Shown here: positions 27,842-38,567 of the stretch, piece after piece
Numbering within the stretch: position 1 is the first letter of the stretch
Layout of the letters: each line of letters opens with the position of its first letter
Source of the DNA: Phycisphaerae bacterium
GTDB taxonomy: Bacteria; Planctomycetota; Phycisphaerae; UBA1845; Fen-1342
NCBI GenBank assembly: GCA_963675745.2
Contig: CAXXWX010000026.1
Coordinates: 480,001-544,000 of the forward strand
Length of the DNA: 64,000 nucleotides
Direction: 5' to 3'
Notes under the pieces: model-generated
Database searches by the model: none
The model's input: the letters and a program-made list of their open reading frames with translations, nothing else
Told to the model about the DNA's origin: nothing
Program-made: the position numbers and the translations under genes

Positions 27842-29395
27842 ATGGCACAGAGCACAGACAACCCGGCCGAGTCCGGCGACCTGGCCAATCACTACGAACG
27901 GCAACGCGCGGAGGTTCTCGCGCGCCGCGCGGCGGATTGGCGCAACGGGGCCATCGTCTACCAGGTGATCGTGGATCGCTTTGCCCCCGCGCTCGACCTC
28001 GACGCCAAACGACAGCTCTATCCCGCGCCCAAACGGCTACGTGAGTGGCACGAGAGCCCGGCGCGTGGCGAGAAGCTCGACGACGTGCAGGTTTGGAGCC
28101 ACGAAGTCGACTTCTGGGGTGGCGATCTTCAGAGCCTGCGCGGCAAGCTGGACTACGTCGAGGAAATCGGCGCCGACGTGCTTTATCTCAACCCGATCCA
28201 TAGCGCCTACACGAACCACAAGTACGACGCGCTGGATTACTTCGCCGTCTCGCCCGAATACGGCACGCGCGATGACGTAAAGGCCCTGGCCGACGATTGC
28301 CATCGCCGCGGGATGAAGCTGGTGCTCGATGGCGTCTTCAACCATGTCGGGCGCGCATCGGAGTGGTTTCAGCAGGCGATCAATGACGCAGACAGCCCGT
28401 TGCGCGAGTGGTTCTACATCGGCGATCAGTATGAGTTCGGCTATCGCGGCTGGGCGAATGTCAAAAACCTGCCCGAGCTGCGCCTCGAAAACCCCGCCTT
28501 GCAGGCCAGGATATTCGGCGACGCCGATTCGGTGGTACAAGGCTATCTGCGCGACGGCGTTGACGGTTGGCGGCTTGATGTCGCCTTTGATATTGGTTTT
28601 GTGATCCTCGACAAACTAACCACGGCCGCCCACGCGGCCAAGCCCGGCTCGCTCGTCGTCGGCGAGATCTGGAGTTACCCCGAGGAGTGGGCTCCGGCGC
28701 TAGACGCCGTGATGAACTTCCACGCGCGTCAGATCATTCTGCACCTGGCGCGCGGGCATATGTCAGGCGCGCACGCGGGCCGCCTGCTGGAGCGCATGAT
28801 CACCGACGCGGGCCTGGACGCGATCCTCAAAAGCTGGATCATCCTCGACAACCACGACACGCGCCGGCTCAAGGCCGAACTGCCCGAACGTTGGCAACAG
28901 CGCCTGGCGCAGGCGCTTCAATTCACACTGCCGGGCTCGCCGTGTGTTTACTACGGCGTCGAGCTGGGCATGGATGGCGGGGACGATCCTTGTAACCGAG
29001 GTCCGATGCGCTGGGAGCTGGTCAGCGATAACAATGCGGATTTGCAGTGGATGCGGAAGCTGGTCGCGCTGCGACGCGGCAACCGCGCGCTGAAGTTGGG
29101 CGATTTCCGCCTGCTGGATTCCGAGCGGACTCTGGCGTTCATGCGCCGCACGGACCGGCTTCACGAGACGACTATTGTGGTCGCAAACGCGACCGACGGG
29201 GAACTGACCGACGTGATCCCGCTACGCGACTCCAAGCTGATGAACTGGGACAAGCTGCGCGACGAGTTGAGCGGAGTCGAAGCGATGGTGTTCTCAGGAA
29301 TGCTGCGCGTCACCGTGCCGCCGCGGACAGTCCGCGTGTTTCGGCCGATTATCGCGGACACGGGTGAATACTCGGCCCACAAGCGCGTGCAGTAG
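27842..29395 (+). CDS. GH13 glycoside hydrolase (cyclomaltodextrinase/neopullulanase-like)
   Basis: DRF, GGDL, NHKYD, LDGVFNH, GWRLDVA, GEIW, DNHD catalytic regions; ATG after GGAG. Confidence 0.92.
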   Translation: MAQSTDNPAESGDLANHYERQRAEVLARRAADWRNGAIVYQVIVDRFAPALDLDAKRQLYPAPKRLREWHESPARGEKLDDVQVWSHEVDFWGGDLQSLRGKLDYVEEIGADVLYLNPIHSAYTNHKYDALDYFAVSPEYGTRDDVKALADDCHRRGMKLVLDGVFNHVGRASEWFQQAINDADSPLREWFYIGDQYEFGYRGWANVKNLPELRLENPALQARIFGDADSVVQGYLRDGVDGWRLDVAFDIGFVILDKLTTAAHAAKPGSLVVGEIWSYPEEWAPALDAVMNFHARQIILHLARGHMSGAHAGRLLERMITDAGLDAILKSWIILDNHDTRRLKAELPERWQQRLAQALQFTLPGSPCVYYGVELGMDGGDDPCNRGPMRWELVSDNNADLQWMRKLVALRRGNRALKLGDFRLLDSERTLAFMRRTDRLHETTIVVANATDGELTDVIPLRDSKLMNWDKLRDELSGVEAMVFSGMLRVTVPPRTVRVFRPIIADTGEYSAHKRVQ

Positions 29396-29467
29396 CGTGC
29401 GGCTTGCCGCATTGTCTTACTGAATACCACACGAACACACGCAGCCCCGCCTCCGGAGGATTCTGTC

Positions 29468-30262
29468 GTGGACGAATCAGGTGGATATGCCGAGCAATTC
29501 GTTTCGGAGTTCTACGACCAGGTAACAACGTACGACGATCGGCCAGACGTTGCCTTCTGGGTCGATTACGCGCGCAAAGCCGCCGGTCCGGTGCTGGAAC
29601 TCGGCTGTGGCACGGGGCGTGTACTGATCCCAACCGCACGCGCGGGCTGCGAAATTACCGGGCTCGACCTGGCTGAACCGATGCTGAACGAGTGCCGTCG
29701 TCGGCTGGCCGCGGAACCGGACGACGTGCGCGAACGCGTCGAGCTGGTGTCAGGCGACATGCGCGACTTCGAGCTCAAACGACAGTTCAAGCTGATCACG
29801 ATCCCCTTTCGCCCGTTCCAGCACTTGGTGACCGTCGAAGACCAGATGGCTTGTCTGGCGTGCATCAGGCGACATCTGGCCGACGACGGCCGCTTCATTC
29901 TCGATCTCTTCAATCCGTCCATCCCCCACCTCGCCGATCAGGCCCGGCTGGAGGAGTACGGCGACGAGCCGGAATTTACCATGCCCGATGGCCGACGGGT
30001 GGTGCGTCGCGAGCGCGTACGTTCGCGCGATTACCACAACCAGGTCGCTCAGTGCGAGTTGATCTACCACGTCACCTATCCCGATGGCCGCACCGAGCGT
30101 CTCGTACACCGCTTCCCCATGCGCTATCTCTTCCGCTTTGAGACCGAACACCTGTTGGTCCGCTGCGGGTTCAGTGTCGAGAGCCTGTTCGGCGGCTACG
30201 ACAGGCAGCCATATGGTGAGGAATACCCCGGCGAACTGGTCTTCGTCGCAAGAAAGGCGTAG
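29468..30262 (+). CDS. Class I SAM-dependent methyltransferase
   Basis: VLELGCGTGR, GLDL, GDMRDF motifs. Confidence 0.9.
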   Translation: MDESGGYAEQFVSEFYDQVTTYDDRPDVAFWVDYARKAAGPVLELGCGTGRVLIPTARAGCEITGLDLAEPMLNECRRRLAAEPDDVRERVELVSGDMRDFELKRQFKLITIPFRPFQHLVTVEDQMACLACIRRHLADDGRFILDLFNPSIPHLADQARLEEYGDEPEFTMPDGRRVVRRERVRSRDYHNQVAQCELIYHVTYPDGRTERLVHRFPMRYLFRFETEHLLVRCGFSVESLFGGYDRQPYGEEYPGELVFVARKA

Positions 30263-30388
30263 CGGCCGAACCCCGTGTCGGTCGTTGTTCAGACGGAAGT
30301 GGCGGCCGACGTCTTCGTCCGCTGAGGAACGCATGCGTCATCCGGCACCCCACCGCCGCCGCCGGCACACGATATGGAGCATTGAGTC

Positions 30389-31162
30389 ATGACGGACCCA
30401 GCGAACCTCAAGCCACTTGTCGTACGCATGAATTCCTTCGGCGTGAAGCTGGTGCTGGTGGATGTGGTCCACGGTCGGCGTCTGCTGCTGAATGACAGCA
30501 CGCGGCATGGCAGCCAGGCGCTGGACGCCGGCGCGCAGCCCGAACCGCTCGACTACTACCACCGTGAGGGACCGCTGGCCGACGTGTTCGCGGCGCGTAA
30601 CGCCATCGATCCCGGCGGTGCGGTGGGCATCATCGGCCTCGGGGTCGGCGCCATGGCCGCATATGCCGAACGCGGACAGCGATTCACGTTTTTCGAGATC
30701 GATCCGGCGGTGGCCGAGATCGCCAGTGACTCGCGCTACTTCGGCTTTCTGAGCTCCTGCCGCGGCCAGTGTGAAACACGCGTGGGCGACGGATTGGAGC
30801 TACTGAATGACACCACGCCGGGCCAGTTCGGCCTGCTGATTCTCGACGCATTCAGCGCCGACACCGTGCCCGAGCACCTGCTGACCAGCGCGGCGATTGA
30901 TGTGTACGCGTCCCGACTCGCCGAAGGCGGCTGGCTGCTGTTTCACACATCCAACGTACACATCGAACTGGCCCCCATTGTCGCCGGTCTGCTGAACGCC
31001 GCGCGATTGCACGGCCTGGCACGCGACGACCTGGCGATAAGCGACGAGGAACGCGCGCGTGGCAAACTGCCATCGCAATACATCATCGCCGCGCGCCAAG
31101 CCGCAGACCTGGGCTCCCTGACCACAAACCCGGCCTGGCACGCGCTGCCAGGCATTCAGTAA
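30389..31162 (+). CDS. Spermidine synthase-like SAM-binding protein (stand-alone C-terminal domain)
   Basis: HGSQ, YYHREGP, IIGLGVGAMAAY, FEIDP, GDG, LDAFSAD..PEHLLT, HTSN. Confidence 0.8.
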   Translation: MTDPANLKPLVVRMNSFGVKLVLVDVVHGRRLLLNDSTRHGSQALDAGAQPEPLDYYHREGPLADVFAARNAIDPGGAVGIIGLGVGAMAAYAERGQRFTFFEIDPAVAEIASDSRYFGFLSSCRGQCETRVGDGLELLNDTTPGQFGLLILDAFSADTVPEHLLTSAAIDVYASRLAEGGWLLFHTSNVHIELAPIVAGLLNAARLHGLARDDLAISDEERARGKLPSQYIIAARQAADLGSLTTNPAWHALPGIQ

Positions 31163-31252
31163 TCCACCTCTCCGAATGGCGGCCTGCGCGCCGCGGGCTA
31201 TCGGAGCGGCGCGGCGTTTTGTGTGTTCGTTGGCCGACGAAAACGTCGGTTG

Positions 31253-32782
31253 CTACTTTGTCTTTCCCGGCCGCCAGACGGGGTCGTGCTCGTCGATCTT
31301 TGCCGGCTCGAACCAGCGGGTCAGCGTCATGCGCTGCTGGGTGTTGAAGGCGATGCCTTCCTTGCCCTGGATGTGCAGGTCGCCAAAGAACGAGCCCCTC
31401 CAGCCGGTGAACGGGAACCACGCCATCGGCGCCGGCACGCCGACATTGATTCCGATCATGCCGGCGCTGAAGCGGTGCTTGAATTCGCGCGCGGCCCGGC
31501 CATCGCGTGTGAAGATGACGGCTCCGTTGCCGTATTCGCACAGCGAACCGAGCTCAAATGCCTCTTCAAGCGTGTTAACGCGGGCAACCGAGAGCACCGG
31601 CCCGAAGATCTCCTCCTTCGCGACGCGCATGTGCGGCTTGACGTGGTCGATGATCGTCGGGCCGAGAAAGAACCCGTCGGGGGCGTCAGGCACACTGACC
31701 GAGCGGCCGTCGAGGGCCAGTGTGGCCCCCTCTTCGGTGGCGCCGTCAAGGTAACCCCGGACGCGATCGAGATGCGCGCGGCTGATCACCGGCCCCATGT
31801 CGACTTCCGCATCGGTATCGGTCCGGCCGGTCTTCATGGCCGCGGCGGCCTCGCACAGCCGGCCGACAAACTCGTCGGCCGCGGCCCCCACCGGCACAGC
31901 CAGGCTGCCGGCCATGCAGCGCTCGCCGGCGCAACCAAAGGCCGAGTGCTTCATCCCCCGCACGGTCGGGTCCATATCGGCGTCGGGCATAATGATGACG
32001 TGGTTCTTGGCCCCGCCGGCGGCTTGCACGCGTTTGCCGTGGGCCGTGCCGGTCTCGTAAACGTGCTTGGCCACCCTGGTCGAGCCGACGAACGAGATTG
32101 CCCGGATGAGGGGATGTGTCAGCAGAGCGTCAACGCACTCTTTGCCACCGTGCACGATCGACACCACACCCTCCGGCAACCCGGCTTCGAGAAGCAACTC
32201 GCCGAGTCGGATCGCCGACAGCGGCACGCGCTCGGACGGCTTGAGAATGAAGCAGTTGCCGCAGGTGACGGCCGACGGGAGCATCCAGAGCGGCACCATG
32301 GCCGGGAAGTTGAAGGGCGTGATTCCGGCTACGACGCCGAGCGGGTAGCGTATGGTCTCGCTATCAACGTCGGGGGCCAGGTTCGCGACCAGTTCGCCGC
32401 CGATCAATGATGGAATCCCGCACGCAAACTCGACCATCTCGATGCCGCGCTGGATGGACGCGCGCGACTCGGCAAACGTCTTACCATGCTCGCGCGTGAC
32501 CAGCTGGGCGAGTGACTCGGTGTGCTGCACGAGCAACTCGCGGAATCTGAACATGATCCGGGCCCGGTCGGGGACCGGGGTATCGCGCCACCGCGGGAAC
32601 GCGGCCTGCGCGGCGCGGGCTGCGTCGTCCACGTCCTGCTCGGCGCACAAAGGCGTGTGCGCGATGACCTCGCCGGTCGATGGATTCCATACATCGACGC
32701 ACCGGTCCGTCTGGGCCGCGCGCCACTCTCCGCCGATCAGACACTTGCAGCTTGGTATGGCAGTCATGGGTTCCTCTCTCAT
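31253..32782 (-). CDS. mmsA: CoA-acylating (methyl)malonate-semialdehyde dehydrogenase
   Basis: TPFNFP, KPSERVP, FVGST, GGAKNH, GCAGERCMA, EEIFGP, GINVGVPAP. Confidence 0.95.
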   Translation of the reverse strand: MREEPMTAIPSCKCLIGGEWRAAQTDRCVDVWNPSTGEVIAHTPLCAEQDVDDAARAAQAAFPRWRDTPVPDRARIMFRFRELLVQHTESLAQLVTREHGKTFAESRASIQRGIEMVEFACGIPSLIGGELVANLAPDVDSETIRYPLGVVAGITPFNFPAMVPLWMLPSAVTCGNCFILKPSERVPLSAIRLGELLLEAGLPEGVVSIVHGGKECVDALLTHPLIRAISFVGSTRVAKHVYETGTAHGKRVQAAGGAKNHVIIMPDADMDPTVRGMKHSAFGCAGERCMAGSLAVPVGAAADEFVGRLCEAAAAMKTGRTDTDAEVDMGPVISRAHLDRVRGYLDGATEEGATLALDGRSVSVPDAPDGFFLGPTIIDHVKPHMRVAKEEIFGPVLSVARVNTLEEAFELGSLCEYGNGAVIFTRDGRAAREFKHRFSAGMIGINVGVPAPMAWFPFTGWRGSFFGDLHIQGKEGIAFNTQQRMTLTRWFEPAKIDEHDPVWRPGKTK

Positions 32783-32970
32783 TCCTCGTCACGCCCCCAC
32801 CCCGAACGCTTTCGGAGTCGTGAACAGTATACGCGCCCGCAGCGTCCACGGCACGTATCAGCGGCCGGCTATCGCCGCGCGGGCTTTACAGATGGTGGCG
32901 GTGGCGGCAAGATTTACTGCCCAAAGCGTACTGATCCGGAACCGGCTCACCTCCGTTCAAGGAGCATACC

Positions 32971-33840
32971 GTGCCACGAATCGTCCGAGGCGGACTCATC
33001 CAGGCAACTCTGTGTGAACCAGCCACTTCACCCGTCGCGAAAATCAAGCAGGCCATGATCGAGAAACACGTCGAGCTGATCGGCCAGGCCGCCAAGCAGG
33101 GCGTACAGGTGCTCTGTTTGCAGGAGCTGTTCTACGGGCCATATTTCCCCGCCGAACAGGACCGCAAGTGGTACGAGTTGACGGAGCCGGTTCCGGACGG
33201 CCCCACGACGGAGTTGATGTGCGACCTGGCGGGCAAGCACAACATGGTCCTGGTGGTTCCGGTCTATGAAGAGGATCTGCCGGGGATCTACTACAACACG
33301 GCCGCCGTCATCGACGCCGACGGCAGCTACCTCGGCAAATACCGCAAGACGCACATCCCGCACTGCGAGCCGGGCTTCTGGGAGAAGTTCTACTTCCGCC
33401 CCGGGAATCTGGGCTATCCGGTGTTCGAGACGCGCTATGGCAACGTGGCCGTCTACATCTGCTACGACCGGCACTTCCCGGAGGGAGCGCGCTGCCTGGG
33501 GCTAAACGGGGCGGAGATCGTGTTCAACCCCTCGGCAACCGTCGCCGGGCTGTCCGAGTATCTCTGGAAGCTTGAACAGCCGGCGCATGCGGTCGCGAAT
33601 CAGTACTACGTCGGCGCCATCAACCGCCCGGGCACGGAAGGCCCCTGGAACATCGGCGAGTTCTACGGCACATCGTACTTCTGCGACCCGCGCGGCCAGA
33701 TCATGAGCGAAGCCGCGCGCAGCGGCGACGCGGTGGTCGTCGCCGATCTCGACCTCGACATGATCCGCGAGGTGCGCAACGTGTGGCAGTTCTTCCGCGA
33801 CCGACGACCGGACGCTTATGAAGATATCGTGATGGATTGA
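32971..33840 (+). CDS. Beta-ureidopropionase (nitrilase superfamily)
   Basis: Glu-Lys-Cys triad (LQELF, YRKTHIP, ICYDRHFPE), FWEKFYF, QFFRDRRPDAY; pyrimidine catabolic context. Confidence 0.88.
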   Translation: MPRIVRGGLIQATLCEPATSPVAKIKQAMIEKHVELIGQAAKQGVQVLCLQELFYGPYFPAEQDRKWYELTEPVPDGPTTELMCDLAGKHNMVLVVPVYEEDLPGIYYNTAAVIDADGSYLGKYRKTHIPHCEPGFWEKFYFRPGNLGYPVFETRYGNVAVYICYDRHFPEGARCLGLNGAEIVFNPSATVAGLSEYLWKLEQPAHAVANQYYVGAINRPGTEGPWNIGEFYGTSYFCDPRGQIMSEAARSGDAVVVADLDLDMIREVRNVWQFFRDRRPDAYEDIVMD

Positions 33841-33889
33841 TTCCGCGCTTGTGGGCCGCTTGCGGCCGATCCGGACGCTGTCAGTGGCG

Positions 33890-34124
33890 AGATCTGGCGC
33901 GAGAATCCCGTGGCTGAAGGCGCTGGTGCGAGAACTGTCGGTCGCTGGTGCGAGAATCCCTTCTCGCACCGTGTTGCAGGATCGGAATCCTGCGATAGCG
34001 GAGTGCGAGATAGGAATCTCGCACTAGCACTGTAGCACTTATGTAGCGGCCGACGTCCCCGTCGGCCGTCGTACGTCGAAACGGCAACTTCACGTCAACG
34101 GCCGCCGAGGACGTCGGCCGCTGC
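33890..34124. repeat. Cluster of GGTGCGAGA/TCTCGCACC palindromic repeats plus GTAG REP pair
   Basis: Repeated GCTGGTGCGAGAA units; 57-bp unit 33974-34030 recurs at 35862-35918; REP pair 34043-34124. Confidence 0.75.
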
Positions 34125-34140
34125 CGGTGGTCAAACGCGA

Positions 34141-35622
34141 ATGACCGACAACCGCCTCAGCAACGCCGACATCGCCCCCGTCCCGCTCGACAAACGCACG
34201 TGGGGCGTCGGGTCGATCGCTGCGCTGTGGGTCGGGATGGCGGTCTGTATCCCCACCTACACGCTCGCCGCCGGCATGATCACGCAAGGTATGAGCTGGC
34301 GGCAGGCGGTGCTGACTGTCGCGCTAGGTAACCTGATCGTCTGTTTCCCGATGGTGCTCAACGCGCACGCCGGCACCAAGTACGGCATACCGTTTCCGGT
34401 GTTGCTGCGCGCGTCGTTCGGCATATACGGCGCCAACATCGCGGCGTTGATGCGTGCCCTGGTCGCCTGCGGCTGGTTCGGCATCCAAACCTGGATCGGC
34501 GGGGCGGCAATCTACATTCTCTTCAGCATCATCTTCGGATTCACACCGGCAACACCGGCTGAGCATCTGCACGTCGGCGGCCTGGCTCTCGGGCTGTCGG
34601 CGGGACAGCTCGCCTGCTTTCTGCTGTTCTGGGCGGCCAACGTCGCTTTGATCCTCCGCGGTATTCAATCGATCAAGTGGTTGGAGAGCCTCGCGGCACC
34701 GTTTCTAATCCTCGTCGGCGTGGCGCTGTTGGCGTGGGGAGTGTCACGGGCCGGCGGCTTCGGCGTGGTACTCTCCGAGGAGACCGTCGCCAAGGTGCGC
34801 GGTGCGGCCGGCGGTGACTTTGATTTCTGGCGGGCGTTCTGGCCGAACCTGACCGCCATGGTCGGCTTCTGGGCCACACTCGCGCTAAACATCGCCGAGT
34901 TCAGCCGCTACGTGAAACGCCAACGCGACCAGATCCTCGGGCAATTCCTGGGCCTGCCGCCCACGATGACGCTGTATTCCTTCATCGGTGTTGCGGTGAC
35001 CTGCGCGACGGTGGTGATCTTCGGCGAGGCGATCTGGGACCCGGTTGTTCTGCTGGGCCGCTTCGGCAACCCGGTGCTGGTCGGCTTCGCACTGTTCGCG
35101 CTGAGCATCGCCACGCTGACGACCAACCTGGCGGCCAACGTCGTCGCGCCGGCCAATGCGTTCAGCAACCTCTGGCCGCGCGCCATCAACTTCAAGGCCG
35201 GCGCGATGATCACCGCCGCGATCGGCGTCATCATCATGCCGTGGCGGCTGTACACCGACCTGACGAATTACATTTTCACCTGGCTGATCGGTTACAGCGC
35301 GCTGTTGGGCTCGATTGCCGGCGTGATGCTGGCGGACTACTACCTGATCCGACGCACGCGACTGAACGCCGACGACCTGTACCGCGCCGACGGCGAGTAC
35401 GCCTTCGGCGGCAGCGGCTTCAACTGGCGCGCCCTAACCGCCCTGGCCGCGGGCATCCTCCCCAGCGCGCCGGGCTTCCTGGCACAGGCCAGCGGCGGCG
35501 CGATCGACGTGCCGGACATCCTCGACACGCTGTATACATATGCGTGGTTTGTCAGCCTGCTGGTCGCCGGCGTGGTACACGTCGCACTGACCGCGGTATT
35601 CCCGCCACCAGTCGAACGATAA
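34141..35622 (+). CDS. NCS1 family nucleobase:cation symporter
   Basis: GTKYGIPFPVLLRASFG, GWFGIQTWIGG, FWATLALNI..FSR, NLAANVVAP, PWRL; many TM helices. Confidence 0.95.
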   Translation: MTDNRLSNADIAPVPLDKRTWGVGSIAALWVGMAVCIPTYTLAAGMITQGMSWRQAVLTVALGNLIVCFPMVLNAHAGTKYGIPFPVLLRASFGIYGANIAALMRALVACGWFGIQTWIGGAAIYILFSIIFGFTPATPAEHLHVGGLALGLSAGQLACFLLFWAANVALILRGIQSIKWLESLAAPFLILVGVALLAWGVSRAGGFGVVLSEETVAKVRGAAGGDFDFWRAFWPNLTAMVGFWATLALNIAEFSRYVKRQRDQILGQFLGLPPTMTLYSFIGVAVTCATVVIFGEAIWDPVVLLGRFGNPVLVGFALFALSIATLTTNLAANVVAPANAFSNLWPRAINFKAGAMITAAIGVIIMPWRLYTDLTNYIFTWLIGYSALLGSIAGVMLADYYLIRRTRLNADDLYRADGEYAFGGSGFNWRALTALAAGILPSAPGFLAQASGGAIDVPDILDTLYTYAWFVSLLVAGVVHVALTAVFPPPVER

Positions 35623-35699
35623 TCAACACGCGTTCATCTCGTCCGCCGGCGCGGGCTGCTTGACGCACGCACACCACTGGCAGGTTGATGCCGTAGTGG

Positions 35700-35920
35700 C
35701 GGCTGGTGCGCCGCTGGTCCGATGCGGCCGCTGGTGCGAGAATCCCATCGACCGCTGGTGCGAGATTCCTATCTCGCACCCACTCCGGCGGGAATCCCTT
35801 CCCGCATCCTGCCCGCGGGAACCTCTTCTCGCACCAGCGTGCAGGATCCTCCCACACTGTCTTGCAGGATCGGAATCCTGCGATGGCGGAGTGCGAGATA
35901 GGAATCTCGCACCAGCACGC
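35700..35920. repeat. Second GGTGCGAGA/TCTCGCACC repeat cluster
   Basis: Multiple GCTGGTGCGAGA and TCTCGCACC units, including the 57-bp copy at 35862-35918. Confidence 0.75.
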
Positions 35921-36023
35921 ACCGGCAGGATGCCAATGGTGTCCGGGAGTTTGCCGGACATCGGGTAATACCTAACATTGTCCGTACTTGCGCCCGGGGC
36001 GCGTTTCTGCTCTACTGTGGCGC

Positions 36024-37080
36024 ATGGCCCACAAGGACACGCAACGCGAACCGGTGACGCCGATTCCTCGGCGGCCCGATGACGGCGGCGGTGCCAGATC
36101 GACGAGCACCTGCGCCATCTCCACAGCTTGCCGGCCCACGGCAACCGCACCTTCTTCTACGACCAAGGACCTGCTGGCCTTCTTCAATCTCGCCCGAAGA
36201 CGCCTTCGCACCGCACCGGCGACGCCTCTTCGGTATCCACGCCGCCGCCAAAAGCACCGTCGCCGACGCCCAACGCCTCTTCGATCCGCAACGGTTGCAG
36301 CCGATTTTCGAGGACCTCAAGCACCGCGCCAACATCCAGCCGCACGACGCCCGCCTCGACCAACTCACCCGGGAACTGATCGCCGTCGACGGCACGTTCT
36401 TCAACGTCGCCAGCCGCATCCCCTGGGCCCTCTACAACCGCAAGTCCGCCGGCGACGCGCCCAAGAAGACCGGCCGCCGCGGAAAGACCACCCGCGGCAA
36501 CGTGCGCGCCACGTGATTCGACATCCTGCGCGGCGTGCCGGAGCACTTCACGCTCACCGGCGGAACGGCTTCGGAAGGCGGGCAACTGCAAACCAGTCTG
36601 CGGCCCGAACACTGTTACGTGCTCGACCGCGGCTTTCAGTCTTACCACCTGCTGGGCGACATCATTCAGGCCGACAGCGATTTCGTGGTGCGGCTGCGGA
36701 AGAGCGCCCGCTGCGAAGTGCAGGCCGCACATTCCGCCGGTGGCGGGGGACGGCACCGATGGGCGTCTGTTGACCAGTTGCGTAGACCTGCCGGCGGAGC
36801 TGATCGCGTTGATCTACAAGCATCGTCTGTCAGGTTGAGCTGTTTCTCCGCTGGTTGAAGTGCATGCCGCAGCCTGGAGCACTTTTATTCCGAGTCGCCG
36901 CAGGGCATGACGGGCTTTACGTGACGCTGTCGTTGCTGTCGCGCTGTCCGAGCGTGGACTTTTCGTTGATGAGCATGGTGATGAACGGTTGGAAGAGGCC
37001 CTGGCCGTGGCGCCAAACGCCGCACCGAGCGCAGCGTGCCGCCCGGCGGCGACGTGAAAAGGCGGCGCAAAAAAGGCGAG
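36024..37080 (+). pseudogene. Degenerate IS4-family transposase
   Basis: Fragments across frames: AVDGTFF (first D), YVLDRGF (second D), FVVRL, and IYKHR/QVELFLRWLK (YREK motif, frameshifted); in-frame stop at 36514; no clear terminal IRs. Confidence 0.85.
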
Positions 37081-37298
37081 GCCCCCGCGCCGGTCCGGTC
37101 GGTGTATGCGCCCCAGGCGCTCGCCGCGGCGCTGGTGCGCCCCTTCCATGTTCGCCGTCAATCTCAATGCACTCAATCTACGGCCCAGAAAAGGTCGGCA
37201 GGAGGTCAAGAATACCGGTGCCAGGATTATCTCGCCCGACGGCGCGGGCGGCTGGTGATGGCGGTTCCCACGATGCACGCTGTGAGCAAGAGCGCTGG

Positions 37299-38567
37299 TC
37301 AGGCCGCACATTCCGCCGGTGGGGACGGCCCATCGGTCGGTGTCGCCGGTGTCGGTGGGCCGCAGATCGGGGATGGTCTTGTTGGGGTCCCGCCGTCGGT
37401 TCGCCCCGTCAGTGCCGCCATCGGTCCCGCCGTCGGTTCGGTGCCATCGGTGCCATCCCCGCCGTCGGTGCCATCGGTGCCGTCGGTGCCATCGGTGCCA
37501 TCGGTGGATGGCACGTAGACGGCGTAGCGCACGTCGTCGTCCTCGGTGGCGTAGCTGAGCACCGGGCGTCCATCGGGGAGATATACCATGCTGATGCCGT
37601 AGGACAGGTCGTCTTCGACGTCGCTGGTTGACCAATGATCGGTCGCCCACCAGGTGAGCCTGATGCCGCTGCTGCGGAGCGCGATGACGGGGTCACCGTC
37701 ATCCTGGTGTATGAGGGCGCCGATGCCCCAGTTGGTCGCGCTGGTGACAAGCTGCCGGTTCCAGGTGGTGCCGTCGGCGGAGGTGAGGTAGTAGACCTCG
37801 CCGTCGCCGCGCGTGACGAGGATGGTAGCCTGGCCATCGGGTCGATAGCGCAAGATCGCGCTCGAAATCGCGGCATGAGTGTCGTCGACGACGGTGGTGT
37901 GCCAGTTACTGCCGTCGTACCAGGCGAAGCGCAGGTCCCAGGTCGGCAGATCGAAATAGGTGATTGCCGGGTTGCCATCGGCCTGCACGTCGATACAGGT
38001 GTGCAGGCCCGTGGTGACATCGCGATCATCGCCGTCATCGATGATCTGCACGTTCCAGGAGTTGGTGGCGTCGAGCTCGGCGTAGCGGAGCTGGTTCTCG
38101 GTGTAGGCGCGATAGCTGACCCCGGGCCGGCCGGTGGGCAGGACCACCATGCTCGGATCCCAGCCCGACCAGTCGTTCGCGCCATCGACCCGCACGGTCT
38201 GCCAGGTGCCGTCGACGCGCTCGGCATACATCAAGTCAAAGTCGTCCTGCTCCACGTAGATGATGGCCGGGTTGTCGTTACCGAGGACAACCAGCGTCAC
38301 CTCGCTGCCGGGCGTAGCGGCGTGGACATCGGCGACGACCTCGGTGTGCCAGGCGTTGCCATCGTTCCAGGCGTAACGCAGGTCGGTGCCCTGGTAAGCG
38401 ATCGCCGGGTAGCCGCTCGGCAGCACGGTGATGCTCGTGCGCGACGGCAGATTCTCATCGTCGATCGTCGTGACGGACCAACCGTCCGCCGACGCCGTGC
38501 CGGCGGTGCCGCCGACGGCCAGGACCAACCCAATCAGAAGAGCTGTACGGCAGTGACGCATTTGCAT
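37299..38567 (-). CDS. Secreted repeat protein (probable beta-propeller) with (TDG)n tail
   Basis: Signal peptide ending ASA; about 7 repeats of P-x-I-x-Y...LRYA...W-x-x-x-V-D; start MQMRH chosen. Confidence 0.75.
   Translation of the reverse strand: MQMRHCRTALLIGLVLAVGGTAGTASADGWSVTTIDDENLPSRTSITVLPSGYPAIAYQGTDLRYAWNDGNAWHTEVVADVHAATPGSEVTLVVLGNDNPAIIYVEQDDFDLMYAERVDGTWQTVRVDGANDWSGWDPSMVVLPTGRPGVSYRAYTENQLRYAELDATNSWNVQIIDDGDDRDVTTGLHTCIDVQADGNPAITYFDLPTWDLRFAWYDGSNWHTTVVDDTHAAISSAILRYRPDGQATILVTRGDGEVYYLTSADGTTWNRQLVTSATNWGIGALIHQDDGDPVIALRSSGIRLTWWATDHWSTSDVEDDLSYGISMVYLPDGRPVLSYATEDDDVRYAVYVPSTDGTDGTDGTDGTDGGDGTDGTEPTAGPMAALTGRTDGGTPTRPSPICGPPTPATPTDGPSPPAECAA
37415..37512. repeat. 9-bp tandem repeat (GCCATCGGT/GCCGTCGGT)
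   Basis: Directly visible; encodes TDGTDGTDG on the minus strand. Confidence 0.85.

Noticed and set aside
26895..31162. Genomic island integrated at tRNA-Gln
   Set aside because: No integrase and no distant att copy in the window; neighbours look like normal chromosomal genes
33890..35920. Possible CRISPR array from recurring GGTGCGAGA units
   Set aside because: Irregular spacing, mixed orientation, no unique 30-40 bp spacers and no cas genes
36514..36516. In-frame TGA as possible selenocysteine or readthrough
   Set aside because: Lies in an IS4 remnant with several other frameshifts; decay explains it
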